A DNA stretch of 64,000 nt from Patescibacteria group bacterium (lineage in GTDB: Bacteria > Patescibacteriota > Minisyncoccia > Phycocordibacterales > SBAW01). The notes beneath the pieces are model-generated. The model had not been told where the DNA came from. It saw only the letters and a program-made list of their open reading frames with translations, and searched no databases. The stretch is taken from contig JAGWLV010000001.1 of assembly GCA_028864875.1 (NCBI GenBank), forward strand, positions 8,288 through 72,287. The letters are read 5' to 3'. Positions 1 through 9,300 of this stretch are shown one piece after another. How positions within the stretch are numbered: the stretch's first letter is position 1; every line of letters begins with the position of its first letter. Position numbers and translations under genes: made by a program.

Positions 1-1620
1 GGCATCACCATTAAGATGCAGCCGGTGCGTATGGCGTGGAAGAGACACGTGCTCAACCTCATCGACACGCCCGGGCACATCGACTTTAGCTACGAGGTGT
101 CCCGCGCGCTGAGCGCCGTTGAAGGCGCAATACTTCTTGTGGACGCGACACAGGGCGTACAGGCTCAGACGCTCACGGTGTTGCGCAGTGCGCGGGACTT
201 GGGGCTAGCTATTGTGCCTGTGATTTCTAAAATCGACTCACCGCTCAGCGATGTGCCCAGTGTGCGTGCACAAGTCGCAAAACTCCTCGGCATTTCCGAG
301 GACGGAATTCTTTTGTGCTCCGGCAAAACAGGGGAGGGGGTCGAGCACGTGCTTGATGAAATTGTTGTGCGCGTCCCGCCGCCTAAAGCCGGCGGCTCCG
401 TGCCACAGGCACTTATTTTTGACTTCCAGTATTCTGACCACCAGGGTGTCATCGTATATGTGCGCATGGTAGGCGGCGAGATTAAAAAGAATACGCCGCA
501 AGAGTTTGCGGCAAGCGGCAAAACTTTTAACACGCTCGATGTCGGCACCTTTTCTCCCGAGCCGAAATCTACCGGGGCGCTCAGCGCCGGGGAGATAGGC
601 TACATCACCACAGGCATCAAAGAGCCCGGTTTTGCGCGTGTGGGCGACACCATCAGGGGCAAGGGCAGCACCACGCCCGCGCTCGCCGGCTATGAGCCGG
701 CCAAGCCGGTGGTGTGGGCGAGCGTGTACCCGGAGAGCCAAGACGACTTTGTGGCGCTCCGGCAGTCGCTCGAGCGCCTGCGCCTCAGCGACTCCGCACT
801 CTCGTTTGAAGAGGAGTCTTCCAGCGTGCTCGGCCGCGGCTTCCGCTGCGGACTCCTCGGCATGCTCCACCTCGAAATTGTGACCGAGCGGCTGCGCCGC
901 GAGTTCAACTTGACACTCATTGTCACGACTCCGACTATTCAATACGAAGTGGAGACCAAGCGCGGGCAGCGGCTCACCGTGTACTCGCCGTCGCTGTTTC
1001 CGCCCTTCGGAGACATCGCAGCGGTGTGGGAGCCAATGATAGAAGCGCAGCTCCTCCTGCCGAGCGACTACCTGGGCGCAGTGGTGCCGCTTTTGTTTGA
1101 GCATGAGGCGGTGACTGAGGCAACAGAAAACTTTTCTGAAGGGCGGCTCTTGTTGCGCGTGTCTATGCCGCTGCGCGAACTTATGCGCGGCTTTTTTGAC
1201 AAGCTCAAGAGTGCAAGCCGCGGCTACGCGTCCCTGTCCTGGCAAATGGGTGAGCTGCGTGCCGCGGATGTTGTGCGCCTCGATCTTGTGGTGGCGGAGG
1301 AGCTTGTGCCGGCGTTTTCGCGTATCGTGGCACGCGGCAGGGTGGAGTATGAGTCAAAGGCCGCCGTGGAGAAGCTCTACACCGTGCTGCCGCGGCAGAT
1401 GTTCGCTACCAAAATCCAGGCGCAGGCGCTCGGGCGCATTATTGCGAGCCGCACGCTCTCAGCCATGAGCAAGGACGTCACCCAGCACATGTACGGCGGA
1501 GACATCACCCGCAAAATGAAGTTGCGCGAAAAGCAAAAAAAGGGCAAGGCAAAAATGAAGGAGCGCGGGAGGGTCACTATCCCTCACGACGTGTTTCTGA
1601 AGATGGTCAAAAGCGAATAA
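1..1620 (+). CDS. lepA: Elongation factor 4 (LepA), 5' end cut by window edge
   Basis: ORF runs in frame from base 1; GTPase G-motif region NLIDTPGHIDF, EF-G-like domains and conserved LepA C-terminal domain; stop at 1618-1620. Confidence 0.93.
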   Translation, partial: GITIKMQPVRMAWKRHVLNLIDTPGHIDFSYEVSRALSAVEGAILLVDATQGVQAQTLTVLRSARDLGLAIVPVISKIDSPLSDVPSVRAQVAKLLGISEDGILLCSGKTGEGVEHVLDEIVVRVPPPKAGGSVPQALIFDFQYSDHQGVIVYVRMVGGEIKKNTPQEFAASGKTFNTLDVGTFSPEPKSTGALSAGEIGYITTGIKEPGFARVGDTIRGKGSTTPALAGYEPAKPVVWASVYPESQDDFVALRQSLERLRLSDSALSFEEESSSVLGRGFRCGLLGMLHLEIVTERLRREFNLTLIVTTPTIQYEVETKRGQRLTVYSPSLFPPFGDIAAVWEPMIEAQLLLPSDYLGAVVPLLFEHEAVTEATENFSEGRLLLRVSMPLRELMRGFFDKLKSASRGYASLSWQMGELRAADVVRLDLVVAEELVPAFSRIVARGRVEYESKAAVEKLYTVLPRQMFATKIQAQALGRIIASRTLSAMSKDVTQHMYGGDITRKMKLREKQKKGKAKMKERGRVTIPHDVFLKMVKSE

Positions 1621-1821
1621 GCGAAACAAGAGTCGCTCCGGAAAGCGTTCCTGTTATGACCTGAAGCTTGGAGGAGCGGACTTTTGTGCAGCTTTAAAAA
1701 AGGAGGGCGAAGTAGGCAAAAATCATCGAGGCAATAACGACAACGGCCAAAGCTCCGCCGAGTATTTTATTATTTCGGTCGCGGTTCTTACTGTTGAACA
1801 TGGGAGCAGTATACTAAAGGT

Positions 1822-2205
1822 ATGCGCGAGTTTCAAAGGCGCCGCGGAGAGGGGAAGGTGAAGGCAGCACTCGCCGTGCTGGGGGTGGTGACACTCGCGG
1901 TTGTCGCGGTTTTTGCCGCGCAAGGGGTGTGGGGGATGTATCAAAAATTTGCCTCTGCGAGCGCCGACGACGCCGCGGCCCAAGCACAACTAGGCACGCT
2001 CAAAGATCAGTACCAAAAACTCGATGCCGCAGTAACCGCCTACCAGAGCGGCCGGGGAGTGGAGGCCGCAGTGCGCGAGCGCTGGGGGGTCGCCCGCCCC
2101 GGAGAGAGCGAGATAGACATCATCCGCGTTGCAACTACAAGCGCCCCGATCGCCGTTGAAGTCGGCTTTTGGGCGCGCCTCTGGCACGCCATTTTTGTGT
2201 GGTAA
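1822..2205 (+). CDS. Septum formation initiator family protein (FtsB/DivIC-like)
   Basis: N-terminal TM helix, coiled-coil stretch, conserved ERWGVARPGE-type motif typical of FtsB/DivIC. Confidence 0.6.
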   Translation: MREFQRRRGEGKVKAALAVLGVVTLAVVAVFAAQGVWGMYQKFASASADDAAAQAQLGTLKDQYQKLDAAVTAYQSGRGVEAAVRERWGVARPGESEIDIIRVATTSAPIAVEVGFWARLWHAIFVW

Positions 2206-2210
2206 TTTTC

Positions 2211-2284
2211 TGGTGCGGGTACGGAGAATCGAACTCCGACCTACTGCTTGGGAAGCAGTCGTTCTGCCACTAAACTATACCCGC
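2211..2284 (-). tRNA. tRNA-Gly (anticodon CCC)
   Basis: Cloverleaf read by hand: acceptor GCGGGTA/TACCCGC, anticodon loop TTCCCAA, T-loop TTCGATT, 3' CCA encoded. Confidence 0.85.
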
Positions 2285-2327
2285 GGCGTGAGCTTGAAAT
2301 TCGACTCTTGGATGATACAATATCGCC

Positions 2328-2573
2328 ATGGAAACCAAAAGCGTGACTATTTATTCGACCCCGACGTGCCACTTCTGCAAAATGGCGAAGGATTTCTTCG
2401 CCGAGAAGGGCATCACCTACACCAACTACGACGTCTCTACCGACGCTCAAAAGCGCGAGGAGATGATTAAACTCACGGGGCAGCTCGGGGTGCCGGTCAT
2501 AGTCGTCGGCGACTCCATTATGGTCGGGTTTGACCGCATGAGGTTGGCGGACAAGCTCGGTATCGCGGCCTAG
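2328..2573 (+). CDS. Glutaredoxin-like protein (NrdH/Grx family)
   Basis: 81 aa thioredoxin-fold protein with CHFC active-site motif near N-terminus. Confidence 0.75.
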   Translation: METKSVTIYSTPTCHFCKMAKDFFAEKGITYTNYDVSTDAQKREEMIKLTGQLGVPVIVVGDSIMVGFDRMRLADKLGIAA

Positions 2574-2580
2574 GGCGGCC

Positions 2581-2652
2581 GCCCTCGTAGTTCAATGGAT
2601 AGAACAGCCCCGTCCTAAGGGGTAGATGTGGGTTCGATTCCTGCCGAGGGCG
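2581..2652 (+). tRNA. tRNA-Arg (anticodon CCT)
   Basis: Acceptor GCCCTCG/CGAGGGC, anticodon loop GTCCTAA with U33 and A37, T-loop TTCGATT. Confidence 0.8.
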
Positions 2653-2670
2653 CACGGTATACTTCTCTAC

Positions 2671-2952
2671 ATGGACACGGAGATTCAATCGCTCAAAAAA
2701 GAGGTGGATGAGCTCAAGTCGCTCACGCTCGACACCAACCGCACGGTGCACAAAATGCGCCGTGCCGCGTGGTGGGGGAGGCTTTGGGGTATAGTTTGGT
2801 GGCTTCTTATATTCGGTGCATCGGGTGCGGCGTACTACTATTATGTTCAGCCGTATGTAAACACAATTATGAAAGAGTACGGCAATGCAAAGGACTTGCA
2901 GCTGCAAGTACAAAACTGGTTCGCCCAGTTTGGCCACACCACCTCGCAATAG
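2671..2952 (+). CDS. Small membrane protein, hypothetical
   Basis: ATG just after tRNA-Arg (the longer six-frame ORF overlaps the tRNA); one hydrophobic TM segment WWGRLWGIVWWLLIFGASGAAYYYY. Confidence 0.45.
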   Translation: MDTEIQSLKKEVDELKSLTLDTNRTVHKMRRAAWWGRLWGIVWWLLIFGASGAAYYYYVQPYVNTIMKEYGNAKDLQLQVQNWFAQFGHTTSQ

Positions 2953-2984
2953 CGGGTGTGTTTTGATACAATCGTTCGGTATTG

Positions 2985-3056
2985 CTTGGGTAGCTCAGTT
3001 GGTAGAGCATCTCCCTGAAGAGGAGGGGGTCGCCGGTTCGAGCCCGGCCCCAAGCA
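2985..3056 (+). tRNA. tRNA-Phe (anticodon GAA)
   Basis: Acceptor GCTTGGG/CCCAAGC, D-arm GCTCAGTTGGTAGAGC, anticodon loop CTGAAGA (G at position 37), T-loop TTCGAGC. Confidence 0.82.
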
Positions 3057-3551
3057 CTAGTTTGATTTGACCTTGAGTTTGGCTTGGCGGCCTTTGTCGA
3101 GCTTGGGAAGTTTGATTACCAAAAGTCCGTGCTTTTCGGTCGCTTCGGCCTCTTCTATTTCGACTTCCTGCGGGAGCATGATGGTGCGGGCGAAAGAGCC
3201 CCAGTAAAGCTCTTGGAAGAAAAAGTCCCCGGCCTGCCCCTCGGTGGCGCGCTCACGCTTGCCGCGTATGGTCACGGAGTCGCGGGTGATAGAAACATCA
3301 AGGTCGTCCGGGCGCACGCCGGCAATCATCGCCTTGATGATGATGTGGGTGGGCGTTTGGTGCATGTCGATGGCCAACTCACCCACGGCATCATCCTCGG
3401 ATGAAAAGGCGAGCGGCTCGTCGTCCTCTTTGGTGATGGGGATTTTTTTGCTGCCGCGGGGTGCGGGGGTAGCAACTTCGAGTTCGTCGAAATTAAAATC
3501 GTCAGCACTTTCGCCGCCGGTGAGCCAGTCTAGGAGTGAGCGTTTAGCCAT
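3057..3551 (-). CDS. Hsp20/alpha-crystallin family small heat shock protein
   Basis: 164 aa, alpha-crystallin domain core with conserved GVL-type segment near C-terminus. Confidence 0.8.
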   Translation of the reverse strand: MAKRSLLDWLTGGESADDFNFDELEVATPAPRGSKKIPITKEDDEPLAFSSEDDAVGELAIDMHQTPTHIIIKAMIAGVRPDDLDVSITRDSVTIRGKRERATEGQAGDFFFQELYWGSFARTIMLPQEVEIEEAEATEKHGLLVIKLPKLDKGRQAKLKVKSN

Positions 3552-3561
3552 AGTATAGTTA

Positions 3562-4257
3562 TCAGCAATAGTCGCGGGCCGGTTGTTTTATGCGCTCGAC
3601 CATGAGGAGGAGCGCCACAATACCGAGCCAGATGGCCAGGAAGACCCAAAATGTAGAGTCTCCGCCGCCTGACCCAAGTATAAAAAAGTTAAAGGCTGTG
3701 TGCAATGAGATGGCAAGGATAACTCCCAGGAGCGCGGCGAAGCGGCGCACCGATGCGCGGTAGCGCCATGCGAGCGCCATCGAGATGCCGATTGACGCCG
3801 AGGCGAGCGTGTGGAGGAGCGACGCTCCGATAAAGCGCAAGTCGCCCGTAATAACCCCGCGCAGGACCTCACTTTGCGACAAGGGCCCCCACAAAAACAT
3901 CGCATTCTCGAGCGCGGAGAAGCCGAGTGCCGCTGTGACAAGGTACACCACGGCATCCAAGGGCTCGTCGAAGGCGCGCGTGCGCAGAGCGCCGAGGAAT
4001 GCCGCCGAAAACTTGAGTATTTCCTCCGTCGCAGCCCAGATGATGAGGAGGGGGAGCGATCCGAGCGGATAGAGTGCCTCGGCGCTCTGCTCAACAACGA
4101 GCGCAATAGGCACGCACACCATGCCGAGCAGAAAGCACAATAAAATGTAGCGCTTGGGCTCGGGCTCGCAGCGGTCCTCGAGCATCCAAAAGGCGAGCCA
4201 CAGGAGCGCGGGCAAGAGCCCGCCGAGGAGTGCGATGAGGATTACCGGACTGGCCAT
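3562..4257 (-). CDS. PrsW-family intramembrane metalloprotease
   Basis: Polytopic membrane protein with EExxK (ATEEILKF), FxxxE (FSALENAMF) and HxxxN (HTAFNF) motifs characteristic of PrsW proteases. Confidence 0.7.
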   Translation of the reverse strand: MASPVILIALLGGLLPALLWLAFWMLEDRCEPEPKRYILLCFLLGMVCVPIALVVEQSAEALYPLGSLPLLIIWAATEEILKFSAAFLGALRTRAFDEPLDAVVYLVTAALGFSALENAMFLWGPLSQSEVLRGVITGDLRFIGASLLHTLASASIGISMALAWRYRASVRRFAALLGVILAISLHTAFNFFILGSGGGDSTFWVFLAIWLGIVALLLMVERIKQPARDYC

Positions 4258-6353
4258 TCCTCGACCATTATAAGGCCCAATTTATTATTTGAAGAGGCGC
4301 CGGGCACAGACGACCAAATCTCCTCGGTAATAAAGGGCATAAAAGGGTGCAGCAGCTTGAGCGCGCCTTCGAGGATGTAATACAACGTTCCGCCGTACTC
4401 CGGTTTGCCCTTGCTCTCTTCTATAATCTGCGCGGCAAAGCGGTCCCAGAGGTAGTGGTAGAGCTTTTCGCCCGCGAGGTAGATGCGGTACGCCCGCAGA
4501 TCCGCAGTCACGTCGCGCGCGAGCGCATCGAACTCGTCCTTGAGGTCTTGTTTTATCCCGCCCGCGCGCTCTTGGGAGAGTACGTAGCGCGCGATGTTCC
4601 ACACCTTGTTGGAGAAGTTTTTGTACCCGCGCACGCGGTTTTCGTCGAGCTTGATGTCGTTGCCCGGCGCCGCGCCCATAATAAGCGACAGCCGTGTCGC
4701 ATCCGCGCCGTAGCGGTCTATCATATCGAGCGGGTCAATGATGTTGCCTACACTCTTGCTCATTTTGCGGCCCTTGTGGTCACGCACGAGCCCGTGGAGG
4801 TACACGTTTTTAAACGGCACCCGCCCCAGCAAAAACTGGCTCATCAATATCATGCGCGCCACCCAAAAAAAGAGAATATCGTAGCCCGTTTCAAGCAGCT
4901 CTGTAGGGTGGTAGATCTTAAGATCAGCCGTCTGCTCCGGCCACCCCAGGGTCGAGAAGGTCCACAGTCCGGAGGAAAACCACGTGTCGAGCGTATCCGG
5001 GTCCTGCTCCCACCCTGCGCCGGGGGAGTTGGCCTGCACTTTTAATTCTTCGCCGCGATACCACACGGGGATGCGGTGGCCGAACCAGATTTGGCGGCTG
5101 ATGCACCAGTCGCGCAAGTTTTCTATCCAGTGGAAGTAAATCTTTTCGAAGCGCTCCGGGGTGATAGTTGTGGCGCCACTCTGGACCGCCTCGCGCATCA
5201 AATCTTTAAGCGACTTGCCCCCGCGCTCTTTGATGGGTTTGTTGACGTCCACCCACCACTGGAGCTTGGGGAGGGGCTCGATGACGGCCCCTGTGCGCTC
5301 GGCGGTCGAGACGTTTTGTTTAATCTTTTCTTCTTTGATGAGCAAGCCCTGCTCGCGCAGCCACTCTACGACCGCCTCGCGCGCCTCGAGCACCTTTTTG
5401 CCCGCCATCGCGGGGCCCGCTGCGTCGGTCATCCGCGCGTACTCGTTGATGACTTGTACCAAAGGCAGGTTGTTTTTTTGTGCGATGTCCCAGTCTTGCT
5501 GGCTGTGCGCGGGGGTTACGCCGAGCGCCCCTGTACCAAAGGTCGGGTCGACCGACTCGTCGGCAACAATAGCGATGGTGAGCGTCGTGCCTGCAAACGG
5601 CACTTCGAATGTCTGCCCGATGTAGCCCATGTAGCGCGCGTCTTGGGGGTGGACGGCGACCGCGGTATCGCCAAGTTTGGTTTCGGGGCGCGTCGTTGCA
5701 ACCGCGATGGGGAAGTCGGGAGCATATTTAAACGTGTAGAGCGTTGTGTCGCGCTCTTCGTACACCGTTTCGTCGTCGCTGATGGTCGTCTGACCCTTCG
5801 GGTCCCAGTTGACAATGCGATTGCCCCGGTAGATGAGCCCCGCATTGTACATGCGCACAAACGCCTCCATGACCGCCTTGTAGCGCGGAGGATCCATCGT
5901 GTAGGCGTAGCGGCTCCAGTCGAGCGAGCTCCCCATCCGTTTTAATTGGTTGAGGATTATGGACTCGCTTTCTTTGACAAACACGTCGATGCGCTCAAGG
6001 AGTCCTTCGCGCCCCACATCTTTGCGGCTCAAGCCCTCTTTCTTTTCCATTTCTTTCTCAACTTTGCTCTGAGTTGCTATGGCCGCAGAGTCCGTGCCCG
6101 GGATCCACAACACCTTCTTCCCCTGCATGCGCTCAAAGCGCACGATGATGTCCTCGACGGCCAACATCGCCGCGTGCCCCATGTGGAGCGTGCCCGTGAC
6201 ATTGGGGGGCGGCAGGACTATGGAGAAGGGTTCACCGTCTTGTTTGGGGAGATTGTCAGGATTGAAGTAGCCGCTGTCCTCCCACTTCTTATATATAGGC
6301 CCTTCGACCGCGGAGGGGTCATAGGGCTTCAAAAACTTATCCGGCAGAGCCAT
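4242..6353 (-). CDS. valS: Valine--tRNA ligase (short form, 703 aa)
   Basis: Class I aaRS HMGHA (HIGH) and KMSKS motifs, DWCISRQIWFGHRIPVWY signature of ValRS; lacks long C-terminal coiled coil. Confidence 0.9.
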   Translation of the reverse strand: MALPDKFLKPYDPSAVEGPIYKKWEDSGYFNPDNLPKQDGEPFSIVLPPPNVTGTLHMGHAAMLAVEDIIVRFERMQGKKVLWIPGTDSAAIATQSKVEKEMEKKEGLSRKDVGREGLLERIDVFVKESESIILNQLKRMGSSLDWSRYAYTMDPPRYKAVMEAFVRMYNAGLIYRGNRIVNWDPKGQTTISDDETVYEERDTTLYTFKYAPDFPIAVATTRPETKLGDTAVAVHPQDARYMGYIGQTFEVPFAGTTLTIAIVADESVDPTFGTGALGVTPAHSQQDWDIAQKNNLPLVQVINEYARMTDAAGPAMAGKKVLEAREAVVEWLREQGLLIKEEKIKQNVSTAERTGAVIEPLPKLQWWVDVNKPIKERGGKSLKDLMREAVQSGATTITPERFEKIYFHWIENLRDWCISRQIWFGHRIPVWYRGEELKVQANSPGAGWEQDPDTLDTWFSSGLWTFSTLGWPEQTADLKIYHPTELLETGYDILFFWVARMILMSQFLLGRVPFKNVYLHGLVRDHKGRKMSKSVGNIIDPLDMIDRYGADATRLSLIMGAAPGNDIKLDENRVRGYKNFSNKVWNIARYVLSQERAGGIKQDLKDEFDALARDVTADLRAYRIYLAGEKLYHYLWDRFAAQIIEESKGKPEYGGTLYYILEGALKLLHPFMPFITEEIWSSVPGASSNNKLGLIMVEEWPVR

Positions 6354-6407
6354 GTCCCTAAATACTACCTAAAATAAGGGCTTTTTGGGAGGCCTAAAGC
6401 TAGCCAT

Positions 6408-6437
6408 TGACTTTTATATATATTTCGTTGTACAATA
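6408..6437 (+). promoter_or_regulatory. sigma70-type promoter (TTGACT-N18-TACAAT) for the downstream AT-rich ORF
   Basis: Near-consensus -35 and -10 hexamers in an AT-rich spacer, about 55 bp upstream of ATG 6493. Confidence 0.5.
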
Positions 6438-6492
6438 AAAAATAAGTTCAACCACGGCCGTCTTGTGGCCTATTCACATAGGGAGACCACCG

Positions 6493-6768
6493 ATGAAGCT
6501 CAACTTTATTGTTAAACCACCGAAGGAACTCGAAGATAAAGAAGACTCGAAACAGCTGAGCGATGTGGAGTGGCCAGCGCTCCCACTGAAGGGTCACTTT
6601 ATAGATCTGGCACCCCAAGGATATGTTGGCGGAGTGGGAGCTAGAGTGATTGATGTACAGCATTGGCTGGGGTGCGGTGATATTGATATCATTTGCACCA
6701 TCGAAGCGAAGCAGGAAGCAGCTAGTCTCTTCCATTCATTGAAGAAAGAAGATGGTTGGAAGGATTGA
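6493..6768 (+). CDS. Hypothetical protein (91 aa), low-GC ORFan
   Basis: SD-like AGGGAG 7 nt upstream of ATG, about 40% GC versus about 64% flanks, followed by rho-independent terminator. Confidence 0.5.
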   Translation: MKLNFIVKPPKELEDKEDSKQLSDVEWPALPLKGHFIDLAPQGYVGGVGARVIDVQHWLGCGDIDIICTIEAKQEAASLFHSLKKEDGWKD

Positions 6769-6783
6769 GCCTCAACACAGAAA

Positions 6784-6820
6784 AGCCCCTGCGCGAAAGC
6801 GCGGGGGCTAGTTCTTTGTT
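6784..6820 (+). terminator. Rho-independent terminator (GC hairpin plus T-tract)
   Basis: gcccctgcgcg-aaa-gcgcgggggc followed by tagttctttgtt; overlaps tsaD stop on opposite strand. Confidence 0.6.
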
Positions 6821-7863
6821 ATGGAGAGATTGCCGACGGCGCGCAAAGTTTCCGCACCGTCTTCTTTTTTGCCCGAGAGGGCGCGGGTGAGCGCGCACTG
6901 AGCGATCATCACCGCATTGTCGCCGGTTATGGCGAGGTGGGGGAGGCGAAAGTCGCAGTCGGGGAATTCGTCGAGCACCAACTGCTCTAGCCGCTCGCGC
7001 AGGTAGCGGTTGGCTGCGACCCCGCCGCCTATGACAAACGTTTTTGCCCCCGTGTCGTTGAGCGCTTGGCGTGTTTTTTGTACAAAAATATCACCGACCG
7101 CCTCTTCAAACTCCGCCGCAAAGGCGGCTTTTTCGTCTGCAGAAAGTTTTTTGTCCCGCAGCGAGTACAGCGCTGCGGTCTTGAGCCCTGAAAACGAGAC
7201 ATCGCACGTTCCCGTGTGCAACATCGGGCGTGGGAGTTTAATGTCTGAAACAAGTTTTTTCTCCCGCGCTGCAGTTGCATGTTTTGAAATTTCCGGCCCG
7301 CCGGGGTAGGGCAAGTCGAGCATGCGCGCCACTTTATCAAACGCCTCACCGACCGCGTCGTCGAGCGTTTTGCCTATGACTTTATACTGCAGCCACTCCT
7401 GCATGAGCACAAACTCCGTATGCCCGCCGGAAATCAACAGCGCCAGTACAGACATTCCAACATTCTCAAGAATGTAAGAATGTTCAGTAGTGGGTTTGGC
7501 GAGCGAGGAGAGCAAGTGCGCCTCCATGTGGTTGATAGGGAGGAGCGGCACGTGTTTGTCGCGCGCGACGCGCTCGGCAAACTCGATACCCTGCCACAGT
7601 GCCGGCTCGAGCCCGGGGCCGACAGTCACTGCAACGGCGTCGTACTCGTCATCGGCAAACTCTTTGTAGAGCGCGGGGAGATTTTTTTGATGTTCGCGCT
7701 TCGCTAAGTCGGGGTACACACCGCCATAGGGCGCGTGGAGTGCCGCTTGCGAGAGGAGCGCTTGGCGCAGCACTTTGAACTCAAATGCGTCACCGCTCTT
7801 TTTGCCCTCGACGAGCGCAATGCCCGTCTCGTCGCACGAGGTTTCAAACGCGAGGATTTTCAT
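6808..7863 (-). CDS. tsaD: tRNA N6-adenosine threonylcarbamoyltransferase TsaD
   Basis: MKILAFETSCDETGIALVE N-terminus, Kae1/TsaD family throughout; start taken at internal ATG (the long ORF extension overlaps the upstream gene). Confidence 0.9.
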   Translation of the reverse strand: MKILAFETSCDETGIALVEGKKSGDAFEFKVLRQALLSQAALHAPYGGVYPDLAKREHQKNLPALYKEFADDEYDAVAVTVGPGLEPALWQGIEFAERVARDKHVPLLPINHMEAHLLSSLAKPTTEHSYILENVGMSVLALLISGGHTEFVLMQEWLQYKVIGKTLDDAVGEAFDKVARMLDLPYPGGPEISKHATAAREKKLVSDIKLPRPMLHTGTCDVSFSGLKTAALYSLRDKKLSADEKAAFAAEFEEAVGDIFVQKTRQALNDTGAKTFVIGGGVAANRYLRERLEQLVLDEFPDCDFRLPHLAITGDNAVMIAQCALTRALSGKKEDGAETLRAVGNLSITKN

Positions 7864-8704
7864 TTTTGATATAGGTGAAGGGGAGCGGAGTATCGAGCGG
7901 GAGTCTGAAGCTTGCTGCGCCGATGTGGCCGTTGCCCCCGTATTTTTGGGCAATCTTGGCGAGATCGACCGTCCCGTCCCCACGCATGGAGAATCCGCGC
8001 GCGACCGAATCTTCATTCCAAATGATGGCGAAGGGGCGCTGTTGGCGGCGGTAGAGGCGTATGCCGATTTCGTCGCGCATTATTTGCGTGCCTTTTACAT
8101 TAACCGCAAACACATGGTGGCCTTCAAACTCAACCTCCTCGGCTTTGGCGGCAAGAAAGTCGCAGGTGGCCCCGAGGTATTCGCCGTAGGATTCTCCGGT
8201 CTGGCAGACCTCCCTGAATCCCTCCTCGGTCTGTAGCAGATGTGCCAGGCGGTCGTAGTGGGGGAACTCGCGCGGCTGGATGCTCATAAATATAGACATT
8301 TCCTGTGTGTGGGGGAGCGCATCACGGAAGAGGTCCGCGTCTTCGATATAGCTGATCATCCTCGGCACCGGCTCGGCCGGATGGAAGTAGCGCCACGCAA
8401 GGCCGGCGCCGGATTGGTCATTGTCGAACACATGCTCGCGCACAGCCTCGGTGGCATCCTTGGCGCCAATGTGGTGGTCGAGCACCATAAGCTTCTTGAC
8501 CTTCTGCTCGAGCGCAAGCATCGTGTCTTTGGTGTAACTGTAATCGATGAGGTATACCTCTTTTTCCTCAAGGCCCTCAGGAGGCACGGTGCCGTGGTGG
8601 CCGGCGATGTAGTCCGCAGAGTCGCCGAATTTTTTCCACGCGGCATAGGCGCCCCCAAAACCGTCTGGACAGTTTGCGTGATAGATAACAACGATATCTT
8701 TCAT
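7844..8704 (-). CDS. DHH-family phosphoesterase (NrnA-like oligoribonuclease/pAp phosphatase)
   Basis: DHH motif (LDHH), DHHA1 GGNGH motif; 20-nt overlap with tsaD start. Confidence 0.8.
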   Translation of the reverse strand: MKDIVVIYHANCPDGFGGAYAAWKKFGDSADYIAGHHGTVPPEGLEEKEVYLIDYSYTKDTMLALEQKVKKLMVLDHHIGAKDATEAVREHVFDNDQSGAGLAWRYFHPAEPVPRMISYIEDADLFRDALPHTQEMSIFMSIQPREFPHYDRLAHLLQTEEGFREVCQTGESYGEYLGATCDFLAAKAEEVEFEGHHVFAVNVKGTQIMRDEIGIRLYRRQQRPFAIIWNEDSVARGFSMRGDGTVDLAKIAQKYGGNGHIGAASFRLPLDTPLPFTYIKNENPRV

Positions 8705-8705
8705 G

Positions 8706-8778
8706 TGCGCGGTGGAGGACTCGAACCTCCGACCCTCCCCACGTCAAGGGGATGCTCTACCAACTGAGCTAACCGCGC
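8706..8778 (-). tRNA. tRNA-Val (anticodon GAC)
   Basis: Acceptor GCGCGGT/ACCGCGC, anticodon loop TTGACGT, T-loop TTCGAGT. Confidence 0.85.
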
Positions 8779-8873
8779 GAGTGAGGCATCCATCGAACGC
8801 TTGCGTTCGGTTGGACCGAACGAGCGCGGTTATTGAATGCCTGTGATAACCGCCGACAGCGCAGATGATAGCG

Positions 8874-8904
8874 CAAAAAAGCCGCTCTTCAAAGCGGCTT
8901 TTTT
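8874..8904. terminator. Bidirectional rho-independent terminator
   Basis: aaaaaagccgct-cttcaa-agcggctttttt, with A/T runs on both sides. Confidence 0.7.
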
Positions 8905-8905
8905 G

Positions 8906-9238
8906 CTAGTGCTGAATGTGTCCCGAGTGGGTGGAGAAGAGGTCCCTCCAGTGGAGCTTGGCCACCGCAAAGAGATAGATAATTTCGAGGATGCCAGCAG
9001 TATTGACCACTAGCATTATCACAAACCACCAGTACTGCCCGCGGCGCGCCGCGTGCCAGAGCGCCAAACCCTTCCAAAACACCGACCAGAGCACGACTAA
9101 AAGAATAAACGGCGCCAGTATGGCAAAGAGGGCAAACACCCACTCCGGCGGCGCGCCCGCCGCACCGAACCCATACCCGCCCCCGCCCCACGTGTGCATA
9201 TTGTACATACAAAAAGTATACACCTTTTCTAAGCGCAC
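8906..9238 (-). CDS. Small membrane protein, hypothetical
   Basis: Gly-rich N-terminus then two hydrophobic helices; start ambiguous (several Met codons); terminator directly downstream. Confidence 0.45.
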   Translation of the reverse strand: MRLEKVYTFCMYNMHTWGGGGYGFGAAGAPPEWVFALFAILAPFILLVVLWSVFWKGLALWHAARRGQYWWFVIMLVVNTAGILEIIYLFAVAKLHWRDLFSTHSGHIQH

Positions 9239-9300
9239 GACGAGTGGTATTTTAAGTGGGTTCTACAAGTCGCGGCGTCGTGAAAGGACACTGCTCATAT

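Noticed and set aside
8780-8873. Palindrome-rich about 95 bp upstream of tRNA-Val (cgaacgcttgcgttcg etc.), considered as a structured ncRNA
   Set aside because: It is short and I could not assign it to any known RNA family from sequence alone. It is more simply the tRNA promoter or leader region.
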